A stretch of DNA of 64,000 nt. Origin: Candidatus Bathyarchaeota archaeon (GTDB lineage: Archaea > Thermoproteota > Bathyarchaeia > Bathyarchaeales > Bathycorpusculaceae). Positions within the stretch are counted from its first letter, which is position 1; every line of letters begins with the position of its first letter. The position numbers and the translations under genes are program-made. The notes below the pieces were generated by a model. It was not told where the DNA came from and did not search any database. It saw only the letters and a program-made list of their open reading frames with translations. Positions 22,130-32,309 of the stretch are shown piece by piece. The stretch covers positions 992,001-1,056,000 of the forward strand of contig CAVZJV010000014.1 in the NCBI GenBank assembly GCA_963775685.1, given 5' to 3'.

Positions 22130-23017
22130 TTAAAGTTTAGACGATGAACGAAATTTAAGATATAATGCTACCCCAAAACCTAATCCTTTAAAGTAAGACA
22201 TTAAGGCATCCATATTCCCAGATTGAATCATCATAAGAAGTATCAAGAAAGGAAAATTTCGATTCCCATAATAGACTAAATTCTTAAAGAGAAACTTGGC
22301 TGCGCCAATTGTAGAAGATATATTTTTGCCAGCAAAAACAAAAAGATTCCGATGCCAGTAAAAAGACCTAACAGAGTTTAAAAGTTTGTTGGAATCATTA
22401 GCTAAAACCTTGTGCCAGCAAATAGCCTTATTTACACAAACTGTCCTGTAGCCAGCTTCCTTAACCCTATAGCAAAGATCAAGTTCTTCATGATACAGGA
22501 AATAAAAGGAGTAAAAGGGACCTATTTTTCTCAAAGCACTACGCCTAATCATCAAAGCAGCGCCTACAACAATAGGAACGTCTACAACATTCTGCGAGTT
22601 TCTAACGTTTTGATAGAACCAAACTTCCGAGGGATTATCATATTTGTAAGTTAGAGGACCCAGTATACCAATAGAGTCATCACTTCTAGCCACTTTCAGA
22701 AGTTCAATCACACAATTCTTATCCAATACCGCATCGTCATCTACAAAGAATAAGAAGTCTCCACTTGAATTCCTAATTCCGACATTCCGTCCACCCGGGA
22801 CGCCCAAGTTCTCTTCGCCAGTAAAATCTACTAATTTCATATTTGGATAATCTAATGAAGAATAAAGTGAAGGTGTATTCGTACTATTATCAACTAATAT
22901 TAATTCCAAGTTTGAATATGAAAGCGACCGTATAGAATCTAAACATTCCAATACATCATTTTTTGAACGATTGAATGTTGTCACGATTATTGAAACTTTT
23001 GGACAAAAACTGATCAT
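22130..23017 (-). CDS. Glycosyltransferase family 2
   Basis: VSIIVTTFN, VDN, GRNVG, FVDDD, YHEELDLCYR. Confidence 0.92.
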   Translation of the reverse strand: MISFCPKVSIIVTTFNRSKNDVLECLDSIRSLSYSNLELILVDNSTNTPSLYSSLDYPNMKLVDFTGEENLGVPGGRNVGIRNSSGDFLFFVDDDAVLDKNCVIELLKVARSDDSIGILGPLTYKYDNPSEVWFYQNVRNSQNVVDVPIVVGAALMIRRSALRKIGPFYSFYFLYHEELDLCYRVKEAGYRTVCVNKAICWHKVLANDSNKLLNSVRSFYWHRNLFVFAGKNISSTIGAAKFLFKNLVYYGNRNFPFLILLMMIQSGNMDALMSYFKGLGFGVALYLKFRSSSKL

Positions 23018-23316
23018 ATAGTTCTATATTCCTTTATTCTTCTTCATGAACGTATATATTTATAGAAACAGCGTTTCTTTAAGAAGAAAACAATTGTTGG
23101 TCGAAATCTGAGACTATGGACTATAAGAAAATTTTGTTTATACCTTAAAACTTTTTGAATTTAGATAACAATAGCTATATCCGAAATATAGTGGAACAAG
23201 TTTAGTTATATTGCAGAAAACAACAGGCAGTGATGAAAAGAGAGTTCGAACCTGCCACTTTCCTTATGTCATCACTATTTATTCAATCTTTCCAATAATC
23301 AAATAATTTCTTCTTT

Positions 23317-25404
23317 TTAGGGAACTTGAAAGATCTCACAAGAGCCACTGGAATATATTGTATTTATCCTGTCGTAAGAAGGTGTCACTCTACTGGCATT
23401 AAATATTGAGGTAGAGAGATAACTTCCATAGCTTAAGGTAATCTCTTCCGTAGCGATATTATATGGCATGAGGTAAACATAAGAACTTGAATTAACAGGA
23501 ACATCTGGCGTGAACTCCGCTCTACTCAGAGAGCCCACATAGGTGAAAATAGAGTCAGAGTATATATCTGCATAAACTGGGGTGCTGTTATTCCCAAACT
23601 TCAAAAGCCAAGTTGCACCCGAGACTTCAGGATCATTGAGAACGCCCATACTAGCCAGTTGCATTGAACCAAATCTATAACCGCTTAGAGGGAGTGAAGC
23701 GCTTTCGTCTTTAGCAATTTCATATATGGCTCCTGTTTGGAAAAAGAAGAAAGGGATTAGCACTAGTAAAACAACAGCGAGACTGAGGTATCTTGCTTCA
23801 ATTTTTTGTTTCGACAATAGTTTCAGAAGGTAGACACCCCCGATTAAGCAAAAAGGAGCTAACACAAACAACGTCACATGATAGAACCTAGATACGTTAA
23901 AACTGCCTGCAAAGTTGGGTATAACAATACATGCAACCAAGAGAAGCAAGTTGAACAGCACTAGAACATTGAAATCATCTTTAAAAAAGCGCATCTTGTT
24001 TTTTATTAACAAACTTACAATACCTACTATTACAAATGCTTCTGTAATATAAAATTGATATCGACCTATAGAATGCCACAGAGTTGGAATACCAGAAGCA
24101 CCGACGGCTTGCAAAACGTCATTGCTTCTTGCCTGAGGGTTGAAAAAATCAGAAAGAAAGCTGTTTCGTAACCGGCTAATTGTAATAATAAAGTTGTTAA
24201 ACGTTGATCCGGATGAAACATAAATAAACCATGCAAAAGCAATAATTCCAAACAACAAAATCATTGTAAAAGTAATTTTTGACATATGCTTGCTTGCAAT
24301 GCTAACAAGCCAAACCACAATTAGCGATGCTAAGAAAATATACGCAAGAGAATAATGTGACACAACTAAGCCAAAACTGAAAATTGTAAAAAGCGCCAAT
24401 TTTCCTGTGCCTTTTATCCTTTCGCTAAAAAGTACTATAAACAGCAAAATATAGAAAATTTCACCTATCATTTGCCTTGCTAACTGAGCTATTTCAATAT
24501 AAAACGCTATATTAGCAACGAAAAAGAAAACAGAAAAAACGGCAATTTCTTTAGTTACTTTGTTTTTAAAAAGCTGATATAACCCCACCGGAACAGTCGC
24601 AAAAATCAGCGGATATATGATTTTGAATATCCATGTTCCATCCAACTTAAGAATTAATGAATATATCGTTGGCAAAATGGTGACACTTAACATTGCATTG
24701 TAACTATAGGCCCCGGATACATCCCAGCGAAAATTATCTATCGTATTTTTGAAGAGCGAAAACTCGCCGAAGATATCGCTTCCAACGATACTACGGGAAA
24801 AAAGAGTAGTGTGAAATAATAGAGCGAGAGCAACTACAAATAATATGAGAGGGTAAAATTGAGGGGGAAAAATCTTCTTGGAAAAAGCCGCTAACCCTAT
24901 GATTAAGGCAATAGAAAAAAGCATTACAAATAGAATGATATTCCCAGTTGCAGGGTAGAGGTTCACAATTGTTCCGCCAAATATGCTAAGACCTATGATT
25001 GAACTAAGAAGAAAACCGATAATCACGACATGTTTAAAGCCAACATTAAACGTGATAGGCTCATAAAGGGTATCCCGTCTAAGAAATAGAGAAAATACAA
25101 CAAAAACACTCGTAACCACAAGTATTGGAGTTAAGTCAAGAGGTTGGGAAAATCCCAACAAAGGACCCAATGAATTAAGTAGAAATCCTTCTAACATCAA
25201 GAAAGCGAGACTCAATCCAACCATAAAAAGAGTCATTTCCACCTTTCCGAGTTTTAGTCGAAGTAACCCTAGAATAGCAAAACCAGGCACAAAAGTCAGA
25301 TAAACAAAACCAATAACTTGCCTTGCCACATCAATATCGAAAATTATGGTAAAAATCAATACTATTTGAAGGAACAGCGCCGCTAAGAACAGATTTGACT
25401 TCAT
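23317..25404 (-). CDS. DUF2206-type polytopic membrane protein
   Basis: ~18 hydrophobic segments; FVPG...VGLS, GSDIFGE, MLSVTILP, RQMIGE, VVSHY, RFYH motifs. Confidence 0.8.
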   Translation of the reverse strand: MKSNLFLAALFLQIVLIFTIIFDIDVARQVIGFVYLTFVPGFAILGLLRLKLGKVEMTLFMVGLSLAFLMLEGFLLNSLGPLLGFSQPLDLTPILVVTSVFVVFSLFLRRDTLYEPITFNVGFKHVVIIGFLLSSIIGLSIFGGTIVNLYPATGNIILFVMLFSIALIIGLAAFSKKIFPPQFYPLILFVVALALLFHTTLFSRSIVGSDIFGEFSLFKNTIDNFRWDVSGAYSYNAMLSVTILPTIYSLILKLDGTWIFKIIYPLIFATVPVGLYQLFKNKVTKEIAVFSVFFFVANIAFYIEIAQLARQMIGEIFYILLFIVLFSERIKGTGKLALFTIFSFGLVVSHYSLAYIFLASLIVVWLVSIASKHMSKITFTMILLFGIIAFAWFIYVSSGSTFNNFIITISRLRNSFLSDFFNPQARSNDVLQAVGASGIPTLWHSIGRYQFYITEAFVIVGIVSLLIKNKMRFFKDDFNVLVLFNLLLLVACIVIPNFAGSFNVSRFYHVTLFVLAPFCLIGGVYLLKLLSKQKIEARYLSLAVVLLVLIPFFFFQTGAIYEIAKDESASLPLSGYRFGSMQLASMGVLNDPEVSGATWLLKFGNNSTPVYADIYSDSIFTYVGSLSRAEFTPDVPVNSSSYVYLMPYNIATEEITLSYGSYLSTSIFNASRVTPSYDRINTIYSSGSCEIFQVP

Positions 25405-25595
25405 ATTGGGCTCCTCCTCCAGTTGAACATAATATCAGCCATCATAGTTAAGAAAAAAACACTTCTATCAGAATATTAAAATCTTTTGAGAAAAAATCTT
25501 TCCCAATTCAAAGTTTTCGTATATTTCTAAACCCTAAAATGTTGTTTTTAAGCGAAATTACTTAATCGCTTAAACCTAAATAAAACCAATTGGGT

Positions 25596-26498
25596 TTAAC
25601 TTAGAATCCTTTCAAGACCTGTAACACAAACAAAAAGGGCAGAAAAAGAGGCAATAATTTTGTAGCAAACTGTAAAAGATCTATCAGAAGCTACCAACGA
25701 AACATTTTTAATGAGCTGAACCATAGCAAATCTAATCATCCAAAGCCTTGAATTTTTTGTTTTTTTGAAGAAATTTGCCCAGCTTAACCCATGATGAGAA
25801 GCATGTTTTATTATATAGGCTACGTTTACTCGATCTTTCCTGACTTGATGATAAACTCTTGCTGAAGGCACATAGAGCAGTTTATAGTTTAACCCGACGA
25901 TAGTCTTACAAAAATCTACATCTTCTCCGCATAAAATGAGCTTTCCTTTCCTTGTCGTCCCTAAGGATTCGTCAAATTGAGCTATCCTGAAGATCTCTCG
26001 TTTGAATGCAGAGTTGGATGTGATGATACCGTCAACAAATTTTACTTCTGATCCTTCATCAAAAAGTCCAAGTGCCGGTTTTACCAAAATTTTTTTGGGA
26101 ATCAATTGTGGAAAAGCTGGAAAAACTGGTCCTCCAACCCCCCCCACTTTGGAGGAATAATCAAATCCAAGAATCAGATTCCTAAGCCAACCCTTATCGA
26201 CAATACAATCATCGTCAGTATAAACAATAATCGAACCTTTTGCTAATTCAGCACCCTTGTTTCGTGCATAAGCAAGCCCGTGCCGCTGTTCAACGATAAA
26301 GCGGATATTTGGAAACTGTCGTTTAATTTCAATAGTTCCATCTCTTGACCCACCATCTATAACAAGAATCTCATATAGCGATTTGGGATAATCCGACTCC
26401 AATATTGATCTAATACATTCTGACAAAAGTCTTTTTCTGTTAAAAGTACAGATTACAATAGAAATAAAAAGAGGGTTTTCAAGTTCATTTGTAAGCAT
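25596..26498 (-). CDS. Glycosyltransferase family 2
   Basis: ISIVICTFNR, IDGGSRDGT, ARNKG, YTDDD, GEDVDF. Confidence 0.92.
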   Translation of the reverse strand: MLTNELENPLFISIVICTFNRKRLLSECIRSILESDYPKSLYEILVIDGGSRDGTIEIKRQFPNIRFIVEQRHGLAYARNKGAELAKGSIIVYTDDDCIVDKGWLRNLILGFDYSSKVGGVGGPVFPAFPQLIPKKILVKPALGLFDEGSEVKFVDGIITSNSAFKREIFRIAQFDESLGTTRKGKLILCGEDVDFCKTIVGLNYKLLYVPSARVYHQVRKDRVNVAYIIKHASHHGLSWANFFKKTKNSRLWMIRFAMVQLIKNVSLVASDRSFTVCYKIIASFSALFVCVTGLERILS

Positions 26499-26620
26499 CA
26501 GATCAACCTTTTCATTTTAAAATAGTTTCTATTTCGAGCATGAATATTTGGTCTGTCCGAGTTCTTGTTTCAAATATGATAAACCTTAAATTTTTCCTAA
26601 ATTGCTAGCTTAAATGGAGC

Positions 26621-27304
26621 ATGATATTGACAAACGAAGAATCCCTAACATTTGATTTAGAAGCATTTATCAAATGGAGATTAATCGATAAAATTTATCC
26701 ATTTTATGGAAGAAAAAAACTCAAGACAAAAGATTTCTCTATTATAGGCAATGATTGTATAGTTGGAGGGATATATCATAAGTTCGGCCTGCAATTCTCG
26801 ACACCTACTGTTGGATTATTCTTCTTCTCGCAAGACTACATTAAGTTCCTAGAAAACCTGGAATATTATGTCAACCTACCCTTAAAATTCAAGGAAATAT
26901 CGAAGTATCTAAAAGCAAATGAGCTACGAAAGATGATTCCATATCCTATTGGCATCTTGGACGATGTTGAGATTCATTTTTTGCATTATTCTAATAAGAA
27001 AGAAGCTAAAGATAAATGGAATAGGCGCACTAAGCGTATAATTTTTGATAACCTGTTTATTGTTTATTCTGATGGTGAAGGATTCCGAGAAGAGTTTCTT
27101 GACCGATATGAGAAATTACCGTTTGCAAACAAAATATTCATTTCTTCGAAACCTCGCGGAAACAAAGACTACATAGTTTTCGTTCAAGACTATGTTAAAG
27201 AACAACATGTTGGTGATTCCACTCGCAACCGAAAGTATGAGAAGTACATCGATTTGATTAAATGGCTCAATCAAGAAAAAGGGTTCTTAAAGAAGAATAA
27301 ATAG
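26621..27304 (+). CDS. DUF1919-family polysaccharide-biosynthesis protein
   Basis: FSIIGNDCIVGG...TPTVGLF...YPIG.L.DVEIHFLHY...KWNRR. Confidence 0.8.
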   Translation: MILTNEESLTFDLEAFIKWRLIDKIYPFYGRKKLKTKDFSIIGNDCIVGGIYHKFGLQFSTPTVGLFFFSQDYIKFLENLEYYVNLPLKFKEISKYLKANELRKMIPYPIGILDDVEIHFLHYSNKKEAKDKWNRRTKRIIFDNLFIVYSDGEGFREEFLDRYEKLPFANKIFISSKPRGNKDYIVFVQDYVKEQHVGDSTRNRKYEKYIDLIKWLNQEKGFLKKNK

Positions 27305-27334
27305 AAAGAAAAAAGTTTAGATCATTTCACTGAC

Positions 27335-28330
27335 TTAAACTATCCTTAGTTGATTTGAGTATGCTTTTTCTACAATTTCTAAATCGCTTAAACCGCTTTC
27401 TGCTGAAGGTTGGGGTTTTTCATCAGTTTCCAAACAATTTACGAAATATTGAATTTCTTTCAAGTAAGGTTTATTTAAACTCGAAGTCTTTCTCAGTAAC
27501 AGTTGAAAAACAGTTTTGACCTTCCTCTGTTTTCGTTGAAAGGTGTTAGCATGACCTGCTGTTCCAAAGACCTCTATATTGTTTTGCGCTTGTTGGGAAA
27601 ACCAACCAACACTAATAACACAAGTTTGATTCTCTGCGAACTTCATTATACAAATTGCATGGTCTTCTTGAGGCAAATTAAGCCTATGCCCAAGATAACT
27701 TTGTACCGTAACAACATCACCGAAATACCACCTTGCGAGATCAATCATATGTGAACCTAAGTCAATTAATGCCCCACCACCTGTCAATTCTTTAGACCAC
27801 CACCAATCTGGAACTGGCGAAGGTGCACCTGTTTCTGCCCTGTGCACAAAAGGACCGGTGCCTATGTTTGTTGCATATGCAATTTGAATATCACCCAGCT
27901 CTCCATCAAGTATCTTAGATCTAAGCGTTTGGTATGCGTCTGAAAATCGGAGTGGATAACCAATCATCAGTTTTGTATCATTTTTGTTCGAAGCAGAAAC
28001 GAGCGCTCTTCCTTCTTGAGTATTTCTGGCTATAGGTTTCTCCAAGAGAACATGTTTATGATTCTCTATAGCAGCCAGTGTACTATCAAAATGCAAATGT
28101 GTTGGCAAAGCGATGATGACGGCATCTACATCTGATTTGATTAATAGATCGTTGTAATCTTCGTAAGTTTGTGGAACACCCAGCTTTTTCGCCCGCCTAA
28201 GAGAATGTTTGGATACATCTGCTACTGCGATTAATCGAGCATTTGATAGATGAAGACAGTTATTAAGATGGATTTGACCCATGCTCCCTAGTCCAATTAA
28301 CCCCAAATTAATTTTTGACAAACCAAACAA
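27335..28330 (-). CDS. Gfo/Idh/MocA oxidoreductase
   Basis: IGLGSMG, HVLLEKP, GGGALIDLGSH. Confidence 0.9.
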   Translation of the reverse strand: MFGLSKINLGLIGLGSMGQIHLNNCLHLSNARLIAVADVSKHSLRRAKKLGVPQTYEDYNDLLIKSDVDAVIIALPTHLHFDSTLAAIENHKHVLLEKPIARNTQEGRALVSASNKNDTKLMIGYPLRFSDAYQTLRSKILDGELGDIQIAYATNIGTGPFVHRAETGAPSPVPDWWWSKELTGGGALIDLGSHMIDLARWYFGDVVTVQSYLGHRLNLPQEDHAICIMKFAENQTCVISVGWFSQQAQNNIEVFGTAGHANTFQRKQRKVKTVFQLLLRKTSSLNKPYLKEIQYFVNCLETDEKPQPSAESGLSDLEIVEKAYSNQLRIV

Positions 28331-28341
28331 CCTTTGCTTTG

Positions 28342-29289
28342 TTAAATTTTAATAATACCTGTCTTTATTGCTAAAGCATAAGCTGAAGATAGAAGTCTTT
28401 CCGTATGTGTTTTCCTCGGAAACTTCTTATCAAACATTCCTCGATCCAATCCACAATGGGAATAATTCATCTGGCCAAGACCTTCCTTCTGCGCTAAGTT
28501 TAGATATTTGATCTTAGCCGGATTCTCTCCCGCTAACTTGGAAGCTGCTGAGTCAAAAGCTACTGGATCTTGACTGGCCATTAGAAGATCGAGTCTCCGG
28601 GGAAACGTTCCCAAAAGAATCATCCCATCCAGAATATGTAAGTGAAATTTCATAATCTTATTTATCGCTACAATAGCCTCGTCGAGTTGGGAATGATATT
28701 TGTATTTCAGAGGACAGGGGTTGCAACCAAATATGTTCTTCATGGCGCAGGTAATTTTAACTTTTTCCATATACTTTATTTTTGGCACATTTATGCGCAA
28801 ATCAGCGTCTCGAATTGTATGTGGAACAAGAAGGTTGAAAACTTGCCCATTAACGGAAACTTTTTCATCATCAGTTTTGTCCTCAGCGAGATTGATCAAG
28901 TTTACTTTGTATTCCTTTGCAAGCTTTTCATAACCAAGAATTGGAAATGCGTGTTTACATTTCATTGCTGAAGCATCGGATTCAATTATTGAAACATTTG
29001 TTTCGGGAGAAGTTTGATCCCGAATTACTTCAATTAAAGCTCCAACGAATTTTGGATCTGTAGTATGACCCGTGGAACAATCCCAATAATAACACATATT
29101 GGGCTTTATGACAACGTTTCTCGCATCTTTAGGAAATTGGAAATTAATTAAATTTAAACCGGATTGAATAGCTTTTTTCCTGTCGTCAATATTAGAACTG
29201 CCTATCTTTGTGAAGCTAACAGAATTTTTTTCGACAGCAACCATTATAATGAGCACCCATTCCGTGAAAACAATCATTAAAGAAATCAA
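28342..29289 (-). CDS. DUF362-domain protein
   Basis: VVIKPN...TTDP, INVPKIK, TCAMKNIFG, DPVAFD. Confidence 0.8.
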   Translation of the reverse strand: MISLMIVFTEWVLIIMVAVEKNSVSFTKIGSSNIDDRKKAIQSGLNLINFQFPKDARNVVIKPNMCYYWDCSTGHTTDPKFVGALIEVIRDQTSPETNVSIIESDASAMKCKHAFPILGYEKLAKEYKVNLINLAEDKTDDEKVSVNGQVFNLLVPHTIRDADLRINVPKIKYMEKVKITCAMKNIFGCNPCPLKYKYHSQLDEAIVAINKIMKFHLHILDGMILLGTFPRRLDLLMASQDPVAFDSAASKLAGENPAKIKYLNLAQKEGLGQMNYSHCGLDRGMFDKKFPRKTHTERLLSSAYALAIKTGIIKI

Positions 29290-29396
29290 TATCTAAGCAT
29301 TTAGGTTATTAAATATTAAGGCAATAACAAACACTCGTAAATCTTACACGACTGCTTTGACTTTTAAAAAATCAATATTATATTCCTTCAAAATGT

Positions 29397-30509
29397 TTAT
29401 TCACCAATTTGTCGGTATACGTTTCGCAATCGGTTTATTGTAGCATCTAAAGAGAAATTGTTGATAACCCATTTTCTTCCAGCTTGAGCAAATTGTTCCC
29501 GAATATTTCTGTTGTCCAAAAGGAACACCACAGCATCAGCCAATTTTTTTGGATTGTTTACTGGAACCAAAATCCCATTTTCACCATTCTTGACAGCCTC
29601 AGGAATACCATCCGCAAAAGTAGAAATAACAGGGGTTCCACACGACAAAGCTTCCAAAAGAACTATTCCAAAAGGTTCAAAAATGGAAGGTAAAACAAAA
29701 ATTGAAGCCTGCTGGTACCATTTTACTAAATCATTTTGGTTAGTTACGCCTAAATAGGTAACTTTATGATTGCCAATCATGTTATGAGAGGCAATTAATC
29801 TTAGAATGTTTTTTACATAAACTAAATCCCAGTCTTTAGCGCCTATAATTACAAGGTGGACTGATTTTTTAATAAACTTTAGGGATTCTAACAAAACGTG
29901 AAGACCCTTTGCAGGAGCAATTCTTCCGACATAGAGCAGTGTATTATCTAGTTTTTTCAAGGTATCCGAAGGTTTGAACAGTTCCGTGTTAATAGCATTA
30001 GGGAAATAGGCAATTCTTTCCTTGGGAACACCCAAATCTACTAATTGACTCTTAATTCGTTTTGTTATTGAAAGGTAATAAGGTGCAGAATGCTTTAACA
30101 TGAATGTGCTCAAATGATACTTTTTGTAATAATCATATTCAATTCCATGCAAATGAAGAATCTTTGGTTTCGTTGTAAATATCGAGAACATTGGAAAACT
30201 AAATTCTGCTTCATGAAAATGAATAATATCATAATTCTCAAAAATATTAGTAAATCTGCCTGGAATCAAGTTCAAATTCATAGTAATTTTGTTTGAATAC
30301 CACCCAGGCAACCATTTCAAACCTGGAATTCGAAAAACAGTTGAACCATCAGACTTTGATATTTCTCCGTGCCATTTTGGTTTCCATTTCTTATCCATGT
30401 TAAAAGTCATAATGTCGGTGTGTATTCCTATCATATTTAGGTCTCTTGAAAGGAGCTCCACCATCGCCTCGGTTCCACCCTTAATTGGGTAGTATCCGGG
30501 ACTCACCAT
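29397..30509 (-). CDS. Glycosyltransferase family 4 (GT-B)
   Basis: GGTE, YVGRIAPAKG, EPFGIVLLEALSCGTPVI. Confidence 0.93.
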   Translation of the reverse strand: MVSPGYYPIKGGTEAMVELLSRDLNMIGIHTDIMTFNMDKKWKPKWHGEISKSDGSTVFRIPGLKWLPGWYSNKITMNLNLIPGRFTNIFENYDIIHFHEAEFSFPMFSIFTTKPKILHLHGIEYDYYKKYHLSTFMLKHSAPYYLSITKRIKSQLVDLGVPKERIAYFPNAINTELFKPSDTLKKLDNTLLYVGRIAPAKGLHVLLESLKFIKKSVHLVIIGAKDWDLVYVKNILRLIASHNMIGNHKVTYLGVTNQNDLVKWYQQASIFVLPSIFEPFGIVLLEALSCGTPVISTFADGIPEAVKNGENGILVPVNNPKKLADAVVFLLDNRNIREQFAQAGRKWVINNFSLDATINRLRNVYRQIGE

Positions 30510-30640
30510 TAATACTCTGATAATAAAAGCTCCAGTATTCTCATTTCATCATCCAACGAAACATAATGATTTTTAATTAATACTATAATTAACACAAAAT
30601 ATGTTTATAGGTTTCTTTCTAAAATTATTTCTTCTATATT

Positions 30641-31540
30641 CTATTGATTTATTTGACTTTTAATAAATCCTAATGTCCAAGCTGTCATTTTAAAGCCATA
30701 GTGCAAAGGTAACAAAAACACTTGTTTATTTCTTAACAATTTGTAGGCAGTAAGAGAATAAAAAAATCCTGTCACAAAACCAGCAACAGGAGACATTCGA
30801 GCTATGGAAAAAAAATTTTTGTCCTTTAGGTAAATTTTTCGGCAACCGTAGCCGTACCAAAGATATTTTTTCCACAATTGTTTGAAAGTTGACATTCCCC
30901 CATGCAATTCGTAAAATTGGGCATCATTCAAAGAAATGGACCAGCCAGCATCTTTAATTCTTAAAGCCACATCCTGATCTTCACCAGCTCCACTTAGTTC
31001 TTCATCGAATCCACCAACTTGCCTTAAAGCTTCAACCCGAAAAGTGGATCCGCCCGTCCCTGGAATTTTAGTTGTCTTCCAAAGAAAAGTCCTGGGTTCC
31101 TTGAAACGTTTGTGAGAAACAATCCAGGGGATTAGTTCTAGATTAAGAATCAAATTGCCCGGAACGGTTTTAAAAACTCCAGCCGTCAATCCTATCCTCT
31201 GGTTTTGTTCAATAAAATCAACTTGTTTCCGAATGTAGGAATCTGTTAAGACTTCATCAGCATCTACCCAAATTATATAATTTCCAAGAGCGCTTCTTAC
31301 AATAATGTTTCGTGCTGGACCAACTCCTCTCCATTTGGTCTTAAAAATTCTGGTCTTAATGTCAATTTTTAGAACAAAATCATTTATTATGCCTAAAGAG
31401 TTGTCTTGACTACCGTCATCGACAAATATAAGTTCCATTTGGTCATGAGGAAAATCTTGTCTAATTATACTATTGATAGCTAAATCCAAAGTTCTTTCGC
31501 TATTATACACACACATTCCTATAGTTACAGTAGGATTCAT
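30641..31540 (-). CDS. Glycosyltransferase family 2
   Basis: VDDGSQD, ARN, WVDAD, GGFD...GEDQD. Confidence 0.92.
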   Translation of the reverse strand: MNPTVTIGMCVYNSERTLDLAINSIIRQDFPHDQMELIFVDDGSQDNSLGIINDFVLKIDIKTRIFKTKWRGVGPARNIIVRSALGNYIIWVDADEVLTDSYIRKQVDFIEQNQRIGLTAGVFKTVPGNLILNLELIPWIVSHKRFKEPRTFLWKTTKIPGTGGSTFRVEALRQVGGFDEELSGAGEDQDVALRIKDAGWSISLNDAQFYELHGGMSTFKQLWKKYLWYGYGCRKIYLKDKNFFSIARMSPVAGFVTGFFYSLTAYKLLRNKQVFLLPLHYGFKMTAWTLGFIKSQINQ

Positions 31541-31567
31541 TTCCCTAATTCCTCAAAAAAACAAACT

Positions 31568-32122
31568 CTATTCTGTATATCCGCTTTCAGTTGTACCTAT
31601 TTGTTTCGCAGGGTTTCCAGCAACTATGCTGTTCTTTTCTACATTTCTTGTAACAACGGATCCTGCTCCAATTACAGCATTATCTCCAATAGTCACCCCT
31701 TTCAAGATTATTGCTCTATATCCAATCCAAACATGAGTCCCGATTTTAATAGGGATTATTTTAGGTCCGGATCCGTCGAGTCCATGCCAGTCTGAATCTA
31801 GAATCCAAGTTCCGTCCCCTATTATTGTTGAGGCCCCAATATCTATTTTGGATTGTGCCCAAATAGTTACGCCTCTATTTAATTTAACATCATCTCCAAA
31901 AGTTATTATGGAATTTTTTTCCAAGGTAACTATTCTTATGGGTATTGGACCAAGACTTGTTAATGATAAATTCTTACCGGCACACAGTTTGCCCGGCCCA
32001 CCTATGCAAGGTTTTCCTTTTACATAAAATCCTTCCCCAAGGACTGAAAACTTTGGTTTATAAATTAACTTAACAATTAGCTTGTTCCAAAAATACTCTT
32101 TTATCAAGTTTATTTGGCGCAT
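31568..32122 (-). CDS. Hexapeptide-repeat acyltransferase (paralog of 393..914)
   Basis: DSDWHG, HVWIG, IGAGSVVT, GNPAKQIGTTESGYT resembles GNPARQIGITKTGYT. Confidence 0.9.
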   Translation of the reverse strand: MRQINLIKEYFWNKLIVKLIYKPKFSVLGEGFYVKGKPCIGGPGKLCAGKNLSLTSLGPIPIRIVTLEKNSIITFGDDVKLNRGVTIWAQSKIDIGASTIIGDGTWILDSDWHGLDGSGPKIIPIKIGTHVWIGYRAIILKGVTIGDNAVIGAGSVVTRNVEKNSIVAGNPAKQIGTTESGYTE

Positions 32123-32309
32123 CTTTGATACAGTCCAAGAATTAAGCTTCGTTTTTTCATCTATGCCAAAAAAGGTTATTATGAAATTGACATATAATAT
32201 ATCATTTTATCCTTGTTACCTTCAAAGTTTTCCAATTTCTGAAAAAGGGTTAGGTAAGACTATTAACCAATGCCATTTTTGGATTCTCAAGTAATTCTGA
32301 AGCCTTAGA

